DNA from: Candidatus Bathyarchaeota archaeon
Lineage (GTDB): Archaea > Thermoproteota > Bathyarchaeia > 40CM-2-53-6
Direction: 5' to 3'
DNA length: 64,000 nt
Assembly: GCA_963733055.1 (NCBI GenBank)
Contig: CAVTBR010000001.1
Coordinates: forward strand, 800,001 to 864,000
Numbering within the stretch: position 1 is the first letter of the stretch; each line of letters starts with the position of its first letter. The position numbers and the translations under genes are program-made. Positions 41,324 through 51,760 of this stretch are shown one piece after another. The notes under the pieces were generated by a model. That model worked only from the letters and a program-made list of their open reading frames with translations. It did not search any database and was not told the DNA's origin.

Positions 41324-41618
41324 CGATCAAACCCCACCCCCGCCAACAGTAATCCCTAAGCAGTTACCCCAACCCAACCTCACCTCCAAAAAATCCACCA
41401 AACAACCCAGATCAACACCAATACACGCTAGAAAACCCCGAAACAACACGACCCAGAACCCCAACTACCAGTATCCCCCAATCTGGAATACCGCACGTTT
41501 ACGCGCCAAACCAGCAATGCCGAAGCAATGCCGACTAAACAGAGTTCATTTGCCTGAATCATGGACTACGGTCCACAGAAGCCAAATCTCAGGAGTACTA
41601 GAATCAGGTGATGAGAAC

Positions 41619-43368
41619 TTGAGTTATGAAAAATTAGTGCAAACCGCACGCGGAGATGTCCCGTTCGACCTAGTACTAAGAAACGTGCAGCTTGTGAACG
41701 TTTACACGCGCGAACAATACGAGACGAGCATAGGGATTTGTGGTGACAAAATCTCCTACGTTGGAGATCTAGAAGCAGTCAAGTCGAAAAATGTCATCGA
41801 CGCAAAAGGGATGTACGCCATTCCAGGCCTGATCGATTCCCATTTGCACATTGAGAGTAGTATGGTGACCCCACCACGATTTGCTGAGGCAGTTTTGCCA
41901 CACGGGACAACTACTGTAGCAATTGACCCTCATGAAATTGGGAACGTGTTAGGGAAAACTGGGGTGAGAATGATGCTTGACTCCAGCGCGGGTATGCCAT
42001 TGAAAGTTCTGGTTCTCGTTCCCACATGCGTCCCTGCAGTCTTGAATGCGGACACGGCCGGTGCTGAAATTCAGGCGTCGGATGTTAGAGAGATGTTGGG
42101 TTGGGAGAGGGTTATCGGCCTAGCGGAAGTAATGGATTACAGCGGCGTGGTTAACCTCGACAAACGGATGACTGAGATAGTCAAGGCTGGCAGGGAGGCA
42201 GGAGTCGTTATCGATGGTCACTGCATGAATCTAGACGAAAAGGGAACGAACGCTTACGCCGCAGCAGGAATTGAAGCAAACCATGAATACTTCCCGGTAG
42301 ATGCAGAGCATGGGTACAAAGCCGATTTTGACATAATCCTTCGCGAAATGCGGCTGGGAATGTTCGCGAAACTAAGGAAATTCTCCCTAGTTCCCGGCTT
42401 AGTCAAACTGCTGGCTACGCTTCCAAGCAAGCAAGGTCTGCTATTTGTTACCGACGACACAATGCCCGACGATCTCGTGCGGGATGGACATTTGGACGAT
42501 GTTGTGCGCAAAGCGATACGGAACGGGTTCGATCCCATAGACGCAGTCTGCTCAGCAACCCTCTTCCCAGCCAAACACCTTCGACTATTCGACCGCGGCG
42601 CCATAGCCCCAGGAAAGATCGCTGACATTCTACTGCTCAAAGACTTGAACGAGTTCAGAGTGAGCCTGGTTGTCGCGAACGGGAGAATCGTAGCAGAGAA
42701 CGGCGTGCTCACAACAGAACTTGCAGCGGCTCGTTTCCCGAATGAAGCAACACACACAGTGAAACTTCAAAGCGTGACACCGAACGATTTCAAGGTGCGC
42801 AGTCCAACAGGAGACCGGCTCTATCAGAGTTCGAACGATAACTATGCAGGGTTTCTTAACGAACTTTGAAGAGAAAGATGTGATTGTGAAGAACCATGTT
42901 GTGCAGCACGAAGGCGCAACCGTCGCCGTTTTGGAAAGACACGGAAAGACCAGAAACAAATCCCTTGGCTTCTTGGATAGATTCGGCCTGAAAGAAGGAG
43001 CCTTAGCTACAACAATTTCACACGATTCACACAACCTTACCGTCGTAGGGAATAACTCGTCAGATATGGCGGTGGCAGCAAACACTCTAATCCAATGCCA
43101 AGGTGGGCTGGTTGCGGTGAACGGAGGAAAAGTGTTGGCTAAGGTTGAGCTGCCGGTAGCAGGTCTGATGTCGGAAGAAAAAGCTGAGATAATCGCAGGC
43201 AAACTGTTGGCATTCAGGAAGGTCGAGGAGCAACTCGGACTCGTCGATTACGGAACCATACTGATAATCTCCACGCTTGCACTTCCGGTAATATCTCACG
43301 CAAGAATTACCGACAAAGGGCTGTTCGACGTTGATAGCCAAAGGATCGTGCCTCTAATCATAAACTGA
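41619..43368 (+). CDS. ade: Adenine deaminase, +1 indel near 42814
   Basis: DSHLHIESSM, DPHEIGNV, AEVMD and TDD, followed in the next frame by ERHG, SHDSHN and LPVAGLMS. Confidence 0.92.
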
Positions 43369-43505
43369 TAGCGATCACACCATGGCTCTGTCATGAACCT
43401 ACGAGTTTTGTCTTTCAATGCATCAGTGTTATGCACGAGATATGAACGGAAGCCTTTTACAATTCATGGACTACGTCTCTCGTTGCGACAAGTTAGTGAC
43501 TCGTA

Positions 43506-44855
43506 ATGGTAACCAAAGTTCAGCACCATAAGATCGTTGCTACTCCGCCTGGACCTAAGGCGAGGGAATTGCTTCAGAAAGATGCGAACGTCTTGTCGCA
43601 ATCGGTTATTCGCTGGTATCCGCTCGTTGCAGAGTCTGGTTCGGGATGCGTCGTTAAGGATGTGGACGGTAACGAGTTCATAGATTTCAATTCGGGGCTA
43701 GTGGTTTTGGCCGTAGGCCATTCACACCCACGTGTCGTCAAAGCGATCAAAGATCAAGCTGAGAAACTAATTCACTATTCTTGGACCGATTTCTACTATA
43801 AGCCAATCGTCGACCTAGGGGAACAACTCACTAAGATAACGCCCGGCTCATTTCCGAAGAAAGTGTTCTTCTGTAATAGCGGCTCGGAGGCAAACGAGGC
43901 CGCGATGAAAATGGCGCGGTGGCACACTCGCAAACCGCTATTCCTAGCGTACACCGGCGCATTTCATGGAAGAAGTTTCGGAACGATGGCCCTCACCGCC
44001 AGCAAACCCGTTCAGAGAAGACACTTCTTCCCTCTCGTTCCGGAAGTAACCCATGTTCCTTATCCTTACTGCTACCGCTGCCCATTCGGGCTGAAGTATC
44101 CGGAGTGCGACATGTGGTGCGTCGACTTCATCGAAGAAGAGGTCCTCAAGAAATTTCATCCCCCTGAAGACACGGCTGCAATGTTCGTGGAACCAATCCA
44201 GGGAGAGGGAGGGTATGTGGTTCCTCCCGACGATTACTTCCAGCGCTTGAAGAAAATTCTTGACAAGTATGACATTCTGCTGGCTGACGACGAGATACAA
44301 TCCGGGATGGGACGGACCGGTAGATGGTTTGCTTTAGAGCACTGGGGAGTAACTCCTGACATTCTGACCACCGCCAAGGCTCTAGCATCCGGACTCCCAA
44401 TCGGCGCCGCCGTAGCTAGACAGGAACTCATGGATTGGGAAGGGGGTTCTCATGCCAACACCTTTGGAGGTAATCCAGTAGCATGCGCCGCCGCATTACA
44501 GGTAATTGGCATCATAAAGGAAGAGAAGCTGATGGAGAACGCGATCCATCAAGGGTCGTACCTAATGAAGCGACTGAAAGAAATGCAACAGCAATACCCC
44601 ATAATGGGCGACGTGCGCGGCAAAGGTTTGATGATTGGAGTGGAATTCGTCAAAGACCCCGAAACCAAGGAACCCGCAGCTGAGGAAGTGGAGGACATAA
44701 CGAACAAGTGCTTCAAACGAGGATTGGCAATCATCACCGCGGGAAAATCCTCGATGCGCTTCGCACCACCACTCATCATAACCCGCGACATCATCGACGA
44801 AGGACTGGAAATCTTCGAAGGCGCCGTAAAGGAAGTAGCAGCTCAGCTTCGATAG
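43506..44855 (+). CDS. Class III PLP aminotransferase (4-aminobutyrate/acetylornithine type)
   Basis: NSGSEANE, FHGRS, EPIQGEGG, DEIQSGMGRTG and AKAL. Confidence 0.9.
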   Translation: MVTKVQHHKIVATPPGPKARELLQKDANVLSQSVIRWYPLVAESGSGCVVKDVDGNEFIDFNSGLVVLAVGHSHPRVVKAIKDQAEKLIHYSWTDFYYKPIVDLGEQLTKITPGSFPKKVFFCNSGSEANEAAMKMARWHTRKPLFLAYTGAFHGRSFGTMALTASKPVQRRHFFPLVPEVTHVPYPYCYRCPFGLKYPECDMWCVDFIEEEVLKKFHPPEDTAAMFVEPIQGEGGYVVPPDDYFQRLKKILDKYDILLADDEIQSGMGRTGRWFALEHWGVTPDILTTAKALASGLPIGAAVARQELMDWEGGSHANTFGGNPVACAAALQVIGIIKEEKLMENAIHQGSYLMKRLKEMQQQYPIMGDVRGKGLMIGVEFVKDPETKEPAAEEVEDITNKCFKRGLAIITAGKSSMRFAPPLIITRDIIDEGLEIFEGAVKEVAAQLR

Positions 44856-44971
44856 TTTCAACGGCTCTACGTGCTTGTTGAACGCCAAGCGTTCCTCATG
44901 ATTCTTGACGTTCACTCCGTATGGGAAAGCATATCTCGTTTGAAAAACGGACTATGTAGTCGTGGTTCAGT

Positions 44972-45844
44972 ATGGATGTGAAGCGAGTATGTGTGTTAGG
45001 CGCGGGTCTAATGGGGCATGGCATAACTCAAGTCTGCGCTCAAACTGGCAAATTCGAAGTTAACATGCGCGATATCGAACAACGATTCGTCGATAACGGC
45101 ATGAAGATGATCAAAGACAGCCTCCAAAGATTCGTCAAGAAAGGAACCATAAGCGAAGCCGAATCGAAAGAAATTCTCAACAGAATCCACCCCACCTTAG
45201 ACCTGAAACAGGCCGTTCAGAATGCGGATCTCGTCATCGAAGCAGTCACTGAGAATCCACCACTCAAGAAAGCCGTCCTCGCTGAGGCGGACAAGTACGC
45301 TCCCCCACACGCAATAATCGCATCGAACACCTCTTCGATCAGCATTACCGAGATTGGAGCCGCTACGACAAGGGCTGAGAAGGTTTGTGGTATGCATTTC
45401 TTCAACCCACCACAACTCATGCGCCTCATCGAGATTGTCCGCGGCCTGAAAACCTCGGATGAGACAGTAGAGACGATCAAGCAAGTTTCTGCTAAGCTCG
45501 GAAAAGAGTCGGTTCTAGTCAAGAAGGATACGCCCGGATTCATCGTAAACCGTATCCTAGTTCCCGCTCTCAACGAGGCCGTATTCCTGGTTGCGGAAGG
45601 GGTTGCAGATCCGGAGGATATTGACAAAGCAATTACATTGGGCTTGAATTGGCCTATGGGCCCGCTGAAGCTGGTTGACTACGTAGGTGCGGATACACAC
45701 CTTTTCATCACGGACGTGATGGTGAATGAGACTGGGGATCCAAAATTCCGCCCGAGCAACTTGCTCAAACAAATGGTGCGGGCCAACTTACTAGGAAGGA
45801 AAACTGGGAAAGGTTTCTACGACTGGCCTGAAAAGAAACAGTAA
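44972..45844 (+). CDS. 3-hydroxyacyl(butyryl)-CoA dehydrogenase
   Basis: GAGLMGHG, SNTSS, GMHFFNP, PGFIVNR and GRKTGKGFY. Confidence 0.92.
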   Translation: MDVKRVCVLGAGLMGHGITQVCAQTGKFEVNMRDIEQRFVDNGMKMIKDSLQRFVKKGTISEAESKEILNRIHPTLDLKQAVQNADLVIEAVTENPPLKKAVLAEADKYAPPHAIIASNTSSISITEIGAATTRAEKVCGMHFFNPPQLMRLIEIVRGLKTSDETVETIKQVSAKLGKESVLVKKDTPGFIVNRILVPALNEAVFLVAEGVADPEDIDKAITLGLNWPMGPLKLVDYVGADTHLFITDVMVNETGDPKFRPSNLLKQMVRANLLGRKTGKGFYDWPEKKQ

Positions 45845-45858
45845 GCTAGGTCTATCCC

Positions 45859-46236
45859 TTGAGCGAGCATTCTAATCCTGAGAAAGTGAACATCGCTCAG
45901 AAGTTTGCTCGATTCAGCGAATATTGGGCGCCACATATTGTAGGAGAACTCAACGATTCGTACGTCAAGGCTGCCAAACTGAAGGGCGAATTCGTGTGGC
46001 ACAAGCACGAGGCTGAGGATGAATTATTCCTCGTCAGCAAGGGGAAGCTGCTCATCAAACTGAGGGACAAAGACGTTTGGTTGGAGGAGGGAGAGTTCAT
46101 CATAATTCCGAAAGGAGTTGAACATAAGCCGGTCGCTAATGAAGAAGTACACGTCTTGCTGATAGAACCGAAGTCAACTCTTAACACTGGTAACGTTAAG
46201 AACGAAAAAACTCTCAACCAACTTAAGAGAATTTGA
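45859..46236 (+). CDS. Cupin domain protein
   Basis: GEFVWHKHEAEDE...PKGVEHKP. Confidence 0.85.
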   Translation: MSEHSNPEKVNIAQKFARFSEYWAPHIVGELNDSYVKAAKLKGEFVWHKHEAEDELFLVSKGKLLIKLRDKDVWLEEGEFIIIPKGVEHKPVANEEVHVLLIEPKSTLNTGNVKNEKTLNQLKRI

Positions 46237-46259
46237 GCTCACCGGTCGAGCTCTTCTTC

Positions 46260-46931
46260 TTAGAAGTCGGTTGTTGAGGTGCCAAAGGTTCCGAATCCTA
46301 CGTTGAATCCTGCCTGTTGAGCTTTGAACTGCGCGTGGTCCATGGCAATTGCGTATGCGAGAATAACGTACGGGTCGATTTCTTGGCTTGAGATTTCGAC
46401 GCCGTAGGAGTCGCGAATGCTCACCCATTTCTTGTGGATCTGAGCTATCGTGCTTCCCGATGGGTTTTGAATGGAAAACTCGTGTGCGGTTATGTTCCCC
46501 TTGATTCTCGCAATCTCCTTCCCTGTCGAGTCCTCGAGCCACCATTCCGAGCCCAGTAGCTTCAGGACCTTCTTTTTGACAACTGCTACGAGTCCTTGCT
46601 GATCGTAGATTTCGAAGGTAGGTCTGACCGTTAGGACTTTCCCCCTCATTTCACCTAACCTGCCGCCGTCCGGCGTTTCGAAATAGAATTGCGGCCCCCA
46701 GCTGACCAGTTTCCTCTTCACGTATGCGAGCAGGTTACCGTTTCTGTCTTTGATTCCAAACGTATCGCGTAGAGCTGCAATCTTCTGCTCGATGATGTAC
46801 TCTCTGCCCGAAAAAGTAGAAGTGGGATTAGCGGTTGGAGTTTGTGGGAGGGCACCTTCCAGTTTGTACCCACAGCTAGTACAGAATTTGGTATCTCCTG
46901 TTATCTCATTACCGCAAGACGGACACTTCAC
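46260..46931 (-). CDS. Zinc-ribbon plus LURP-one/scramblase-like protein
   Basis: CPSCG..FCTSCG, IEQKI...DTFGIKD and KKWVSIRDSYGVEI. Confidence 0.82.
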   Translation of the reverse strand: MKCPSCGNEITGDTKFCTSCGYKLEGALPQTPTANPTSTFSGREYIIEQKIAALRDTFGIKDRNGNLLAYVKRKLVSWGPQFYFETPDGGRLGEMRGKVLTVRPTFEIYDQQGLVAVVKKKVLKLLGSEWWLEDSTGKEIARIKGNITAHEFSIQNPSGSTIAQIHKKWVSIRDSYGVEISSQEIDPYVILAYAIAMDHAQFKAQQAGFNVGFGTFGTSTTDF

Positions 46932-47093
46932 AACAAAACAACTCAGTGAGCAACACGCGTAAAGACAGTAATATTTGTAACCAATTCAGGGCATCAGGCA
47001 CCAGGGCTCGTCGTAACACAGTACATTCGAAATGGTCGAGACGGAAAATTAATCATGATCGACGATATGCGAGCCATGGACGGCGTTTAGTGA

Positions 47094-48035
47094 ATGGAGT
47101 TCAATATCCGACCTTTGAGTGAAGAAGATTTGCAGAAAGCGGATCATATCATGCGTTTAGCTTTTGGAACATTCGTTGGGGTTCCTGATCCCGCGAGTTT
47201 CGGTGAAGGGATGGATCACGTAAAGACTCGTTGGCGGGCTGATCCGAAGGCGGCTTTCGGGGCTGAAAGAGATGGTGAGCTTGTAGGGTCTAACTTTGCC
47301 ACGAGATGGGGGAGCTTCGGTTTCTTCGGACCATTAACTGTACGCCCAGATTTATGGGACAAAGGAATTGCTAAACTTCTCCTCGAACCCACAATGGACC
47401 TTTTCAAAAAGTGGGGTGTCAGCCATGTGGGCCTCTTCACGTTCGCTCAGAGCCCGAAACACATAGGCTTGTACCAGAAATTCGGATTTTGGCCAAGATT
47501 TCTGACACCACTGATATCGAAGACCGCGCAAAGTGGAGGCGTTCCCGGGAAGTGGTCCAAGTTTTCCGATGTACCTGACAATGAAGTGAGACGAATCTTG
47601 GCGAAGTGTCGAAGCCTGACCAATTCAGTCTACAAAGGCTTGGATTTAGAGAAAGAAATCATGTCTGTCCGGCAGCAAAAACTTGGCGACACAATCCTGT
47701 TGTGGGAAGGCGAAACAGTTGTTGGCGTCGCCGCCTGTCACTGTGGTGCAGGGACTGAGGCTGGACGGGATACATGCTATGTCAAGTTCGGAGCCGTCCG
47801 CAGCGGAGATGGTGCGGAGGGTTTCTTTGATCGACTGCTGAGCGCGTGCGAGGAGCTAGCTACTATGAGAGGAATGACACATGTGTCGGCCGGCGTAAAC
47901 TCCGGATGTCATAATGCCTATCGAAGAATGATTGCAAGAGGTTTCCGCGCTGAGTTTCAGGGGGTCTTGATGCTCAAACCAAATGAGCCGGCGCTTGATC
48001 TGCCTGATCGTTACGTTCTATGTGACCTACGCTAG
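47094..48035 (+). CDS. GNAT family acetyltransferase (tandem GNAT)
   Basis: GPLTVRPDLWDKGIAKLL and LYQKFGF. Confidence 0.82.
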   Translation: MEFNIRPLSEEDLQKADHIMRLAFGTFVGVPDPASFGEGMDHVKTRWRADPKAAFGAERDGELVGSNFATRWGSFGFFGPLTVRPDLWDKGIAKLLLEPTMDLFKKWGVSHVGLFTFAQSPKHIGLYQKFGFWPRFLTPLISKTAQSGGVPGKWSKFSDVPDNEVRRILAKCRSLTNSVYKGLDLEKEIMSVRQQKLGDTILLWEGETVVGVAACHCGAGTEAGRDTCYVKFGAVRSGDGAEGFFDRLLSACEELATMRGMTHVSAGVNSGCHNAYRRMIARGFRAEFQGVLMLKPNEPALDLPDRYVLCDLR

Positions 48036-48062
48036 GATCAGATCCATCCATCGTGGCTACCC

Positions 48063-48950
48063 TTGAGTAGTAATCGCGAAGGAACAATTCTAGTTTTTGT
48101 GTCAGCCGTCGCGTTTGGCTTCCAGCCCATCTTCGCTAAGCTTGCCTACATTCAAGGAGTTGGTGTTGACGAGCTTCTCTTCATCAGATTCCTTCTTGCC
48201 TTCCTGATCATGGGAACGCTTCTCGCCGCTACCCATAGGCTGGTTATTCCCAAGAGAATGGATCTCTTGGCGTTGATTGTACTCGGCGCTCTGGTCTACT
48301 TCTTGCAATCCACCTTTTACTTCAGTGCTCTCCTCTTTTCGCCAGTTGCGATCGTCGCGCTACTTCTTTACACTTACCCAGTCTTCGTTACATTGGGCGC
48401 ATACATGCTAGGTTGGGAGCGGGTTCCGCGCCGACTCGCGGGCGTTTTCATAATAGCATTGATTGGACTGATCCTGGTTGCAAACCCGTTCGGAACAGCG
48501 ATCGGCCTTGGCGTGTTTCTCGCATTTGCTTCTTCGATAATATACACGATCTACATTCTAAGCAGCTCGAGGGTTCTTAGAAGGGTCAAGGGAGACGTAG
48601 CCGCTTTCTACGTGATGGGAGCCGCGTCAGCAACCTTTGGCTTAACCGGAGCATTGACCGGTTCGATTCATTTGAACTGGAGCGTTGCCGGATGGTTCTG
48701 GGTGCTGACCATTACACTCGTTTGCACGGTTCTCGCAGCAACTACATTCTTCATCGGCATTTCGAAAATAGGACCCTCAAGGGCTGCATTGATTAGCCTC
48801 ATCGAACCGGTCACCTCAGTACTTCTTTCGTTAGCCCTCTTCGGAAACAAACTCACCATACCACAGTGGTTCGGCGGCATCTTGATACTCGTATCAACGG
48901 CCATCACGACCGTCTACGGCAAACCTCTCGAACGCGAGCTCCATCCATAA
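48063..48950 (+). CDS. EamA/DMT family transporter
   Basis: About 10 TM helices, LLYTYP and LIEPV. Confidence 0.88.
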   Translation: MSSNREGTILVFVSAVAFGFQPIFAKLAYIQGVGVDELLFIRFLLAFLIMGTLLAATHRLVIPKRMDLLALIVLGALVYFLQSTFYFSALLFSPVAIVALLLYTYPVFVTLGAYMLGWERVPRRLAGVFIIALIGLILVANPFGTAIGLGVFLAFASSIIYTIYILSSSRVLRRVKGDVAAFYVMGAASATFGLTGALTGSIHLNWSVAGWFWVLTITLVCTVLAATTFFIGISKIGPSRAALISLIEPVTSVLLSLALFGNKLTIPQWFGGILILVSTAITTVYGKPLERELHP

Positions 48951-48975
48951 GCCGATAAGCGTATTCGGGGTCGTT

Positions 48976-49382
48976 TCACTCCAGCCAAACGGTCTTGCAA
49001 GGTCGCTTGATTTGGTAATGAGAGAAGTTCTTTTCTTTCTGGGCCCCGCGCCAGTGCCATGAGAAGGCAGGAATGCAGACGAAGTCCCCCCTCTTCAAAT
49101 GCTAGACCTCGCCGAAGGTCACTTGCGCTTTCCCATCTTCCCCCAGCCTGACTTGGGTATGCACGGCCAAGAGACCTTCACCCTCATGCGTCATCAATAC
49201 CTAGTCGGGTCGGAGTCATGATAGTGCACCTTAGTCCGGGTGCCGTCCTCGAAACTCACTAGGAAAACTTCAACGTCCTTGGTAATTGAGTCGTTGATTA
49301 CGGCTCGAATCTGGACTTTCCAACGAAATAAGTCTCAGGTCCTGGGGTCGGGGGAAGTTTCGTCAATGTTGAATTTCGGCAT
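48976..49382 (-). pseudogene. Decayed cupin gene
   Basis: Fragments GPETYFVG, VSFEDGTRTKVHYHDSD, EGEG, GDFVCIPAFSWHWRGA and TVWLE*, broken by several frameshifts and an in-frame TAG. Confidence 0.7.
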
Positions 49383-49579
49383 AGTGTTTACCTCTACCTG
49401 CACCCTAATCAGTGATCGGCTGGTCTTCAACGTTCGTGAGCAGTCAATAAGCTAGGCAGTTCCTTGCAGATGTGCAATACCGCCAACCCACACTCTGAAG
49501 TTGAGGTGACGTAGAATTCTCGCCTCGCGGGTGGAAATTTTCGACTCACGTTTAACCCATCGGGGAGTGGTGAATTGTT

Positions 49580-49938
49580 GTGAGCGAATTGAAGTTCAAA
49601 CGTAAGTGGTTCAAGCAAAGTCATGCGACTGGTCACGGAACCGCTTGGAAGCTAGGTTATGTCCTTGCATTCGTTGGCGGCGTTGTGATTATCATACTTA
49701 GTTTGGCGAAGCTTGCGAATTTTCCTCTGTACGTGCCGATCAATGTACCTCTCGCGGGTATTTCGGAATAGGCGTGATCAGCTTGATACTTGGCGTAGTG
49801 GCTGTGTTTGGATCTAAGCGCGTAAATGAGTTGGTCTGGGGAATCGTTTTGATGATCGTCGGCTTCGTCGTCGGCGGAGTCGGTGGGCTACTCGCTTTAG
49901 TCGGGGGCCTGGTTGGATTGCTTTCGAGGTATGTCTAA
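49580..49938 (+). CDS. Small membrane protein, one base missing near 49762
   Basis: AWKLGYVLAFVGG... continues in another frame as FGIGVISLILGVVAVFGSK...GGVGGLLALVGGLVGLLSRYV*. Confidence 0.65.
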
Positions 49939-50375
49939 TGGACAACGCGCCCGGATCCATCAATCCCTCCGCGGCGTCCGTTAAACCTCTCCAGAACACC
50001 TTTCTCTTCGATCTCGAAGGCCACTCCATTCTCGCGGCAAAAGTCGCGAGTAAAGTTGCAAAGGAGATTTCAGGGCAGGATATGAAATCCTCAGGGGGCA
50101 TAATTTCGAAGCTCAAGGCGAAACTCGGTCTCACCAAAGAAACTGAACGATGGTTCGTCGTTACAAGCGTCGACAATCCTCTTCTCGCGGAACCTGACAA
50201 GTTCGGACTCCAGGTTGCAGAGAGACTCACGAAAGCAACAGGCACTGCGGTCTCAAAAACGGACCTATCTATCTCTGCCAGCGCACCCGTTGCCGGAATC
50301 AAAGAGAAGGACGAGCCATCAGCTACGGTCAGAGACGACCGAGAAGGGCTTGTCACGCAACCAATCACTGCCTAA
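49938..50375 (+). CDS. Hypothetical protein
   Basis: 145-aa ORF coupled to the upstream stop (TAATG). Confidence 0.55.
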   Translation: MDNAPGSINPSAASVKPLQNTFLFDLEGHSILAAKVASKVAKEISGQDMKSSGGIISKLKAKLGLTKETERWFVVTSVDNPLLAEPDKFGLQVAERLTKATGTAVSKTDLSISASAPVAGIKEKDEPSATVRDDREGLVTQPITA

Positions 50376-50387
50376 ACGAGCCTCGAC

Positions 50388-51095
50388 TTAGGACGATCTC
50401 TCAAGACTGACTTCCAAGCTCTCGCGCAGTCTCAATAGGTGCCATCGCGCATCGTATACGACCTTACGCATGTTCCTAATTCTCATGGTATTCCGAAGTT
50501 CTTCCCCCGATTCGTCGAGTTTGAAATCGATGGTACCATCGGCGCCGGCTTCAAGGGTCTTGTAGACAGATTCAGGATGAACGCCCCTTACAATGCCAAG
50601 AATCTGGGTTGAGTCTCTTACGACAGAGGAGGGGAAACTCCTGGTTAGTAGAAATTCGGTCCAAGCTTTGTCGTCATTGAACCTGGCTAGGGTTGAAACG
50701 TTGTCGCCGATCCTCAGCAGGTCAGGGTTAGGTGTTTCGTGCATGGCTTCTTTCGCGAAATGTATGCTGAGGTCGTGGATCCGCAGTGAATCAATCGCGA
50801 ATTTCTCCCTCGACTTCTGACCCAAAGTAGCTGTATACCAATCGTAAATCATCAACTTGCCTGCGCTTTCCAACTCCTCGACATTGACTGAAAGCTGTCC
50901 AAGTGTAGCCCGAATGTCATTTGGTGTTTGACCGCCGGCATTGTAGATTAGAGCGCCGCCCTGCTTCAGCCAGCCCGCAGCGATGCTGAGGGAAGCGTTG
51001 TACCACTGCGATGATGGGTCGAACTCAACTAGGATGTTTGATCCTGTCGGAATGGGTGCTTTAGTCAAGTCTCCGATTAACTGAATTTGTGGCAT
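50388..51095 (-). CDS. RAD55/KaiC-like RecA-fold protein with degenerate Walker A (paralogue of 13788-14522)
   Basis: IPTGSNILVEFDPSSQWYN, IYDWY, ADGTIDFK and RIRNMR. Confidence 0.8.
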   Translation of the reverse strand: MPQIQLIGDLTKAPIPTGSNILVEFDPSSQWYNASLSIAAGWLKQGGALIYNAGGQTPNDIRATLGQLSVNVEELESAGKLMIYDWYTATLGQKSREKFAIDSLRIHDLSIHFAKEAMHETPNPDLLRIGDNVSTLARFNDDKAWTEFLLTRSFPSSVVRDSTQILGIVRGVHPESVYKTLEAGADGTIDFKLDESGEELRNTMRIRNMRKVVYDARWHLLRLRESLEVSLERSS

Positions 51096-51248
51096 GAGAA
51101 TACAGAACCATTTTGAGGTGACTTAGTTGCTGTTACGGCTTTGTTTCCTGTGTATGGGTTTAATGGCACGCACGAGGTAAGTCTACTCTAGTTGGTCGTA
51201 ATATAATGGGAATGCTAGGAGAGCATCTCGGAGATGCGGTTCTCCCAG

Positions 51249-51668
51249 CTACTTCATCTTCGTGTTCAGATAGCGTAGGTCCTCTTCAAAGCCCTTGTTG
51301 AGGTTCTGTCTAACTGCGCCTTCGAGTTGCTTGTCGTCCATCATCTGCGATTTCATATCAACCTCACTCACTACCTTTGTTCCTCCCGATACCTCTGTGT
51401 AGGTGTTGACGATCTTGCCGGTCATTGGTCCCTCTAGGAATTCGAGGGTTAGCTTGTCGGGTGGGCTTGGCGTGATTTTGAGGACGGTCTTTATGGTTCG
51501 GCCGTTCATCTCGCGTGTTTGCTCGAATGTTGTCATCTCCTTGTCTAGTGGCTTGCTTGACTTGGTGTCTGGATGAATGCCTTGCACGTCCGTCCCGTGA
51601 GCTTCGATGAGTCGCCAGACTTTATCGCGTGACACTGGAAAGAGTCCTTCGTCGGTTACTTTCACCAT
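51249..51668 (-). CDS. SRPBCC/START-fold protein
   Basis: DEGLFPVSRDKVW...LEFLEGPMTG...FEED. Confidence 0.7.
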   Translation of the reverse strand: MVKVTDEGLFPVSRDKVWRLIEAHGTDVQGIHPDTKSSKPLDKEMTTFEQTREMNGRTIKTVLKITPSPPDKLTLEFLEGPMTGKIVNTYTEVSGGTKVVSEVDMKSQMMDDKQLEGAVRQNLNKGFEEDLRYLNTKMK

Positions 51669-51760
51669 TTTCTTTTCTCACCTCCTATTGCTTTCATTCT
51701 TTGCTTGTCTTCACCGTCTTAGAAAAACGGAAGGGAAAAGATGGGAATATGTGGCCTCGT

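Noticed and set aside
16205-43368. Programmed ribosomal frameshifting in lipB, ilvE, moaA and ade
   Set aside because: No shared slippery motif, mixed directions, and these are housekeeping genes not known to be recoded.
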